Positions 62,201 through 64,000 of a DNA stretch of 64,000 bases are shown here, piece after piece (the stretch's first letter is position 1; every line of letters begins with the position of its first letter). A program made the translations under genes and the position numbers. The stretch spans positions 47,182,001 through 47,246,000 of the forward strand of contig NC_091999.1 of assembly GCF_044704955.1 (NCBI RefSeq), read 5' to 3'. The stretch is from Pristiophorus japonicus. Its lineage: Eukaryota. The notes beneath the pieces were generated by a model, which was not told where the DNA came from, did no database searches, and worked only from the letters and a program-made list of their open reading frames with translations.

Positions 62201-63835
62201 CTGCCCCAGCTGGAGTATTTTGTCCAATTCTGGGCACCACACTGTAGGAAGGACGTGAAGTCTTTCCAGAGGGTGCTGAATAAATTTACTGGAAACGCAT
62301 CAGGTATGGGAGTTACAATTATGTGGCGAGACTTGGGAAGCTGGGGTTGCTCCCCATGGAGCAGAGAAGGTTAAAAGAAGATTTTGTTGATTGGTACCTA
62401 GATGAGGGATTTCAGTTAATGTGGAGAAACCGGAGAAGATGGTTTGTTCTTCGAGTAGAAAAGGTTAAGAGGAGATTTAGTAGATTAGTGTCAGGCATGT
62501 GATACTTCAGTTAAAGTGGAGTTGAGGTCAGAGACCAGCCATGCTCTTATTAAAATGTGGAGCAGGCTTGAGGGGCCGAATGGCCTACTCTTGCTCCGAA
62601 TTGTTATTTTCTTTTGTTCTTAAACAGAGACAGTGTGTATAACTCAGACAGGGCCGAGTGTAATATAAATCAGGTCCTGAGTTATGTAAACAGAGAAAAG
62701 ATCTGTTTCAGTAAAAGTTATATAGGGACTTATGTAACATAAACAAAAATATGCTAAGATATAATTTAAATAAAATATGTTCTGGTGCAGAAATAACTGA
62801 GAATGGGTCATGTGTCATATAAACATGGATATGGTCGAGTATAATATAAACTGAGGCTAGCTTGAGTACACTAATAAATTTGAAAGCGGCATCCTGCTTC
62901 AGTTATACTGATCGAGACAATGTCTCTGTTTAAAGTACAGTAGGACATGTGTTGGTTTTTGCTGCAATCGACCTTGTCTCTCTTTATATTACACTAGACC
63001 CTGTCTCTGTTTATATTACACTAGACCCTGTCTCTGTTTACATTACACTAGACAATGTCTCAGTTTATATTGCACTATACAATGTCTCTGTTTATATTAC
63101 ATTAGACAATGTCGCTGTTTACATTACACTAGCCAATGTCTCCGTTAATATTACACTTGACAATGTCCCTGTCTATTTTGAATGAAGAGAGTACTCGAGT
63201 AATTTTGACTGTGGAATGAATGAAAGCTTGTTTTAAGAAGGTATGGAGTTGGCTGCCTGTTTTAGCTCCACCCACTCTTTCCAAACAGAGTGAAATGTTT
63301 GTTTTTAACCCTTCATGGTGTTGTCCTGTATGTGGGAAGTTTAAGAAACTGTGAACCTTATGGTATTACATTTTAAGTTGGAAACGAAGGTGTGGATATA
63401 AGTTACGGAGCTAGGAAATGCACAAAGGATAGGTTTGTTGAGTAAAAGATAACAATACATGGTCCCGGTAGTAAAGAAAAAAAAAGTTTGACACGCTCAC
63501 TTACTTGTCGAAAGAAAACATGCAATTGGGTTGAAAGACATAAATTGAGTCTAAGAATGAGATAAAGAATGCCGTTCAAAACGCTCCCATTTTCCTTTGT
63601 GTAAAACCTTGACATGAAAGCTTCTAGCTCAGTAAAAAAAAAAGAGTTTTAAATTTAGAAATACTTCAGGGATCAGGTCAAACCCCTGGGCGAGTGGTGA
63701 GCTATCTGTGAAGGTGTAAAAGGGACTTTTGAAAAAGGCTCAAACAGTAAGCTTTAGCAGTTTACAAAAGAAAAAGATAAAACAGGAAAAGGTCTTTGCC
63801 ATGGGAACAGGAGGAGGGCAGAAAAGGGGGACTTG

Positions 63836-63958
63836 CCACAATACCCTATAAGACCTGAAGCTAGAACAGCGGTTGTAGAAATAGTAAAAGGGCTAGTGGA
63901 AAAGGGTATCTTAAAAGAAAGAGTTAGCACCACTAACTCCCCAAAAAGGCCCAGGTAG
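63836..63958 (+). mobile_element. Retroviral reverse-transcriptase N-terminal remnant
   Basis: Translates to PQYPIRPEARTAVVEIVKGLVEKGILKERVSTTNSP, matching the QYP...L...G.L.....NSP start of retroviral RT. Confidence 0.6.
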
Positions 63959-64000
63959 GGAAATCCCAGGTCCTGTACCTAGGGTACTGCCTCTCAAGGG

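Overview
Repeat-rich genomic DNA from a cartilaginous fish (shark-type CR1 LINEs, DeuSINE/SacSINE-like elements, 65-bp repeats), with one assembly gap at 50046-50426. The main locus is a complete, apparently intact immunoglobulin mu (IgM) heavy-chain cluster on the minus strand (48256 to 31654): leader, VH, D, JH, Cmu1-Cmu4 with secretory tail, TM1 and TM2. All exons I checked have in-phase GT/AG sites. Its recombination signals are unusual. There is only ONE D (12-RSS and 22-RSS), and JH carries a 12-bp-spacer RSS resembling a D-type 5' signal. The usual shark layout is V23-12D22-12D12-23J; this one is TCR-beta-like and permits direct V-to-J joining. Downstream of the IgM gene (lower coordinates) are a CpG-island promoter with no visible gene and a class III (ERV-L/ERV-S-like) provirus with a tRNA-Ser PBS and an in-frame mini-env. 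The provirus abuts a truncated Ty3/Gypsy element and has no target-site duplication. Further left are two divergently oriented, degraded C2H2 zinc-finger genes around another CpG island, several minisatellites, and nested LINE/LTR fragments. Upstream of VH are inverted arrays of a 27-bp satellite and, at the window end, a retroviral RT N-terminal fragment. Family assignments rest on motif recognition; no database searches were run.
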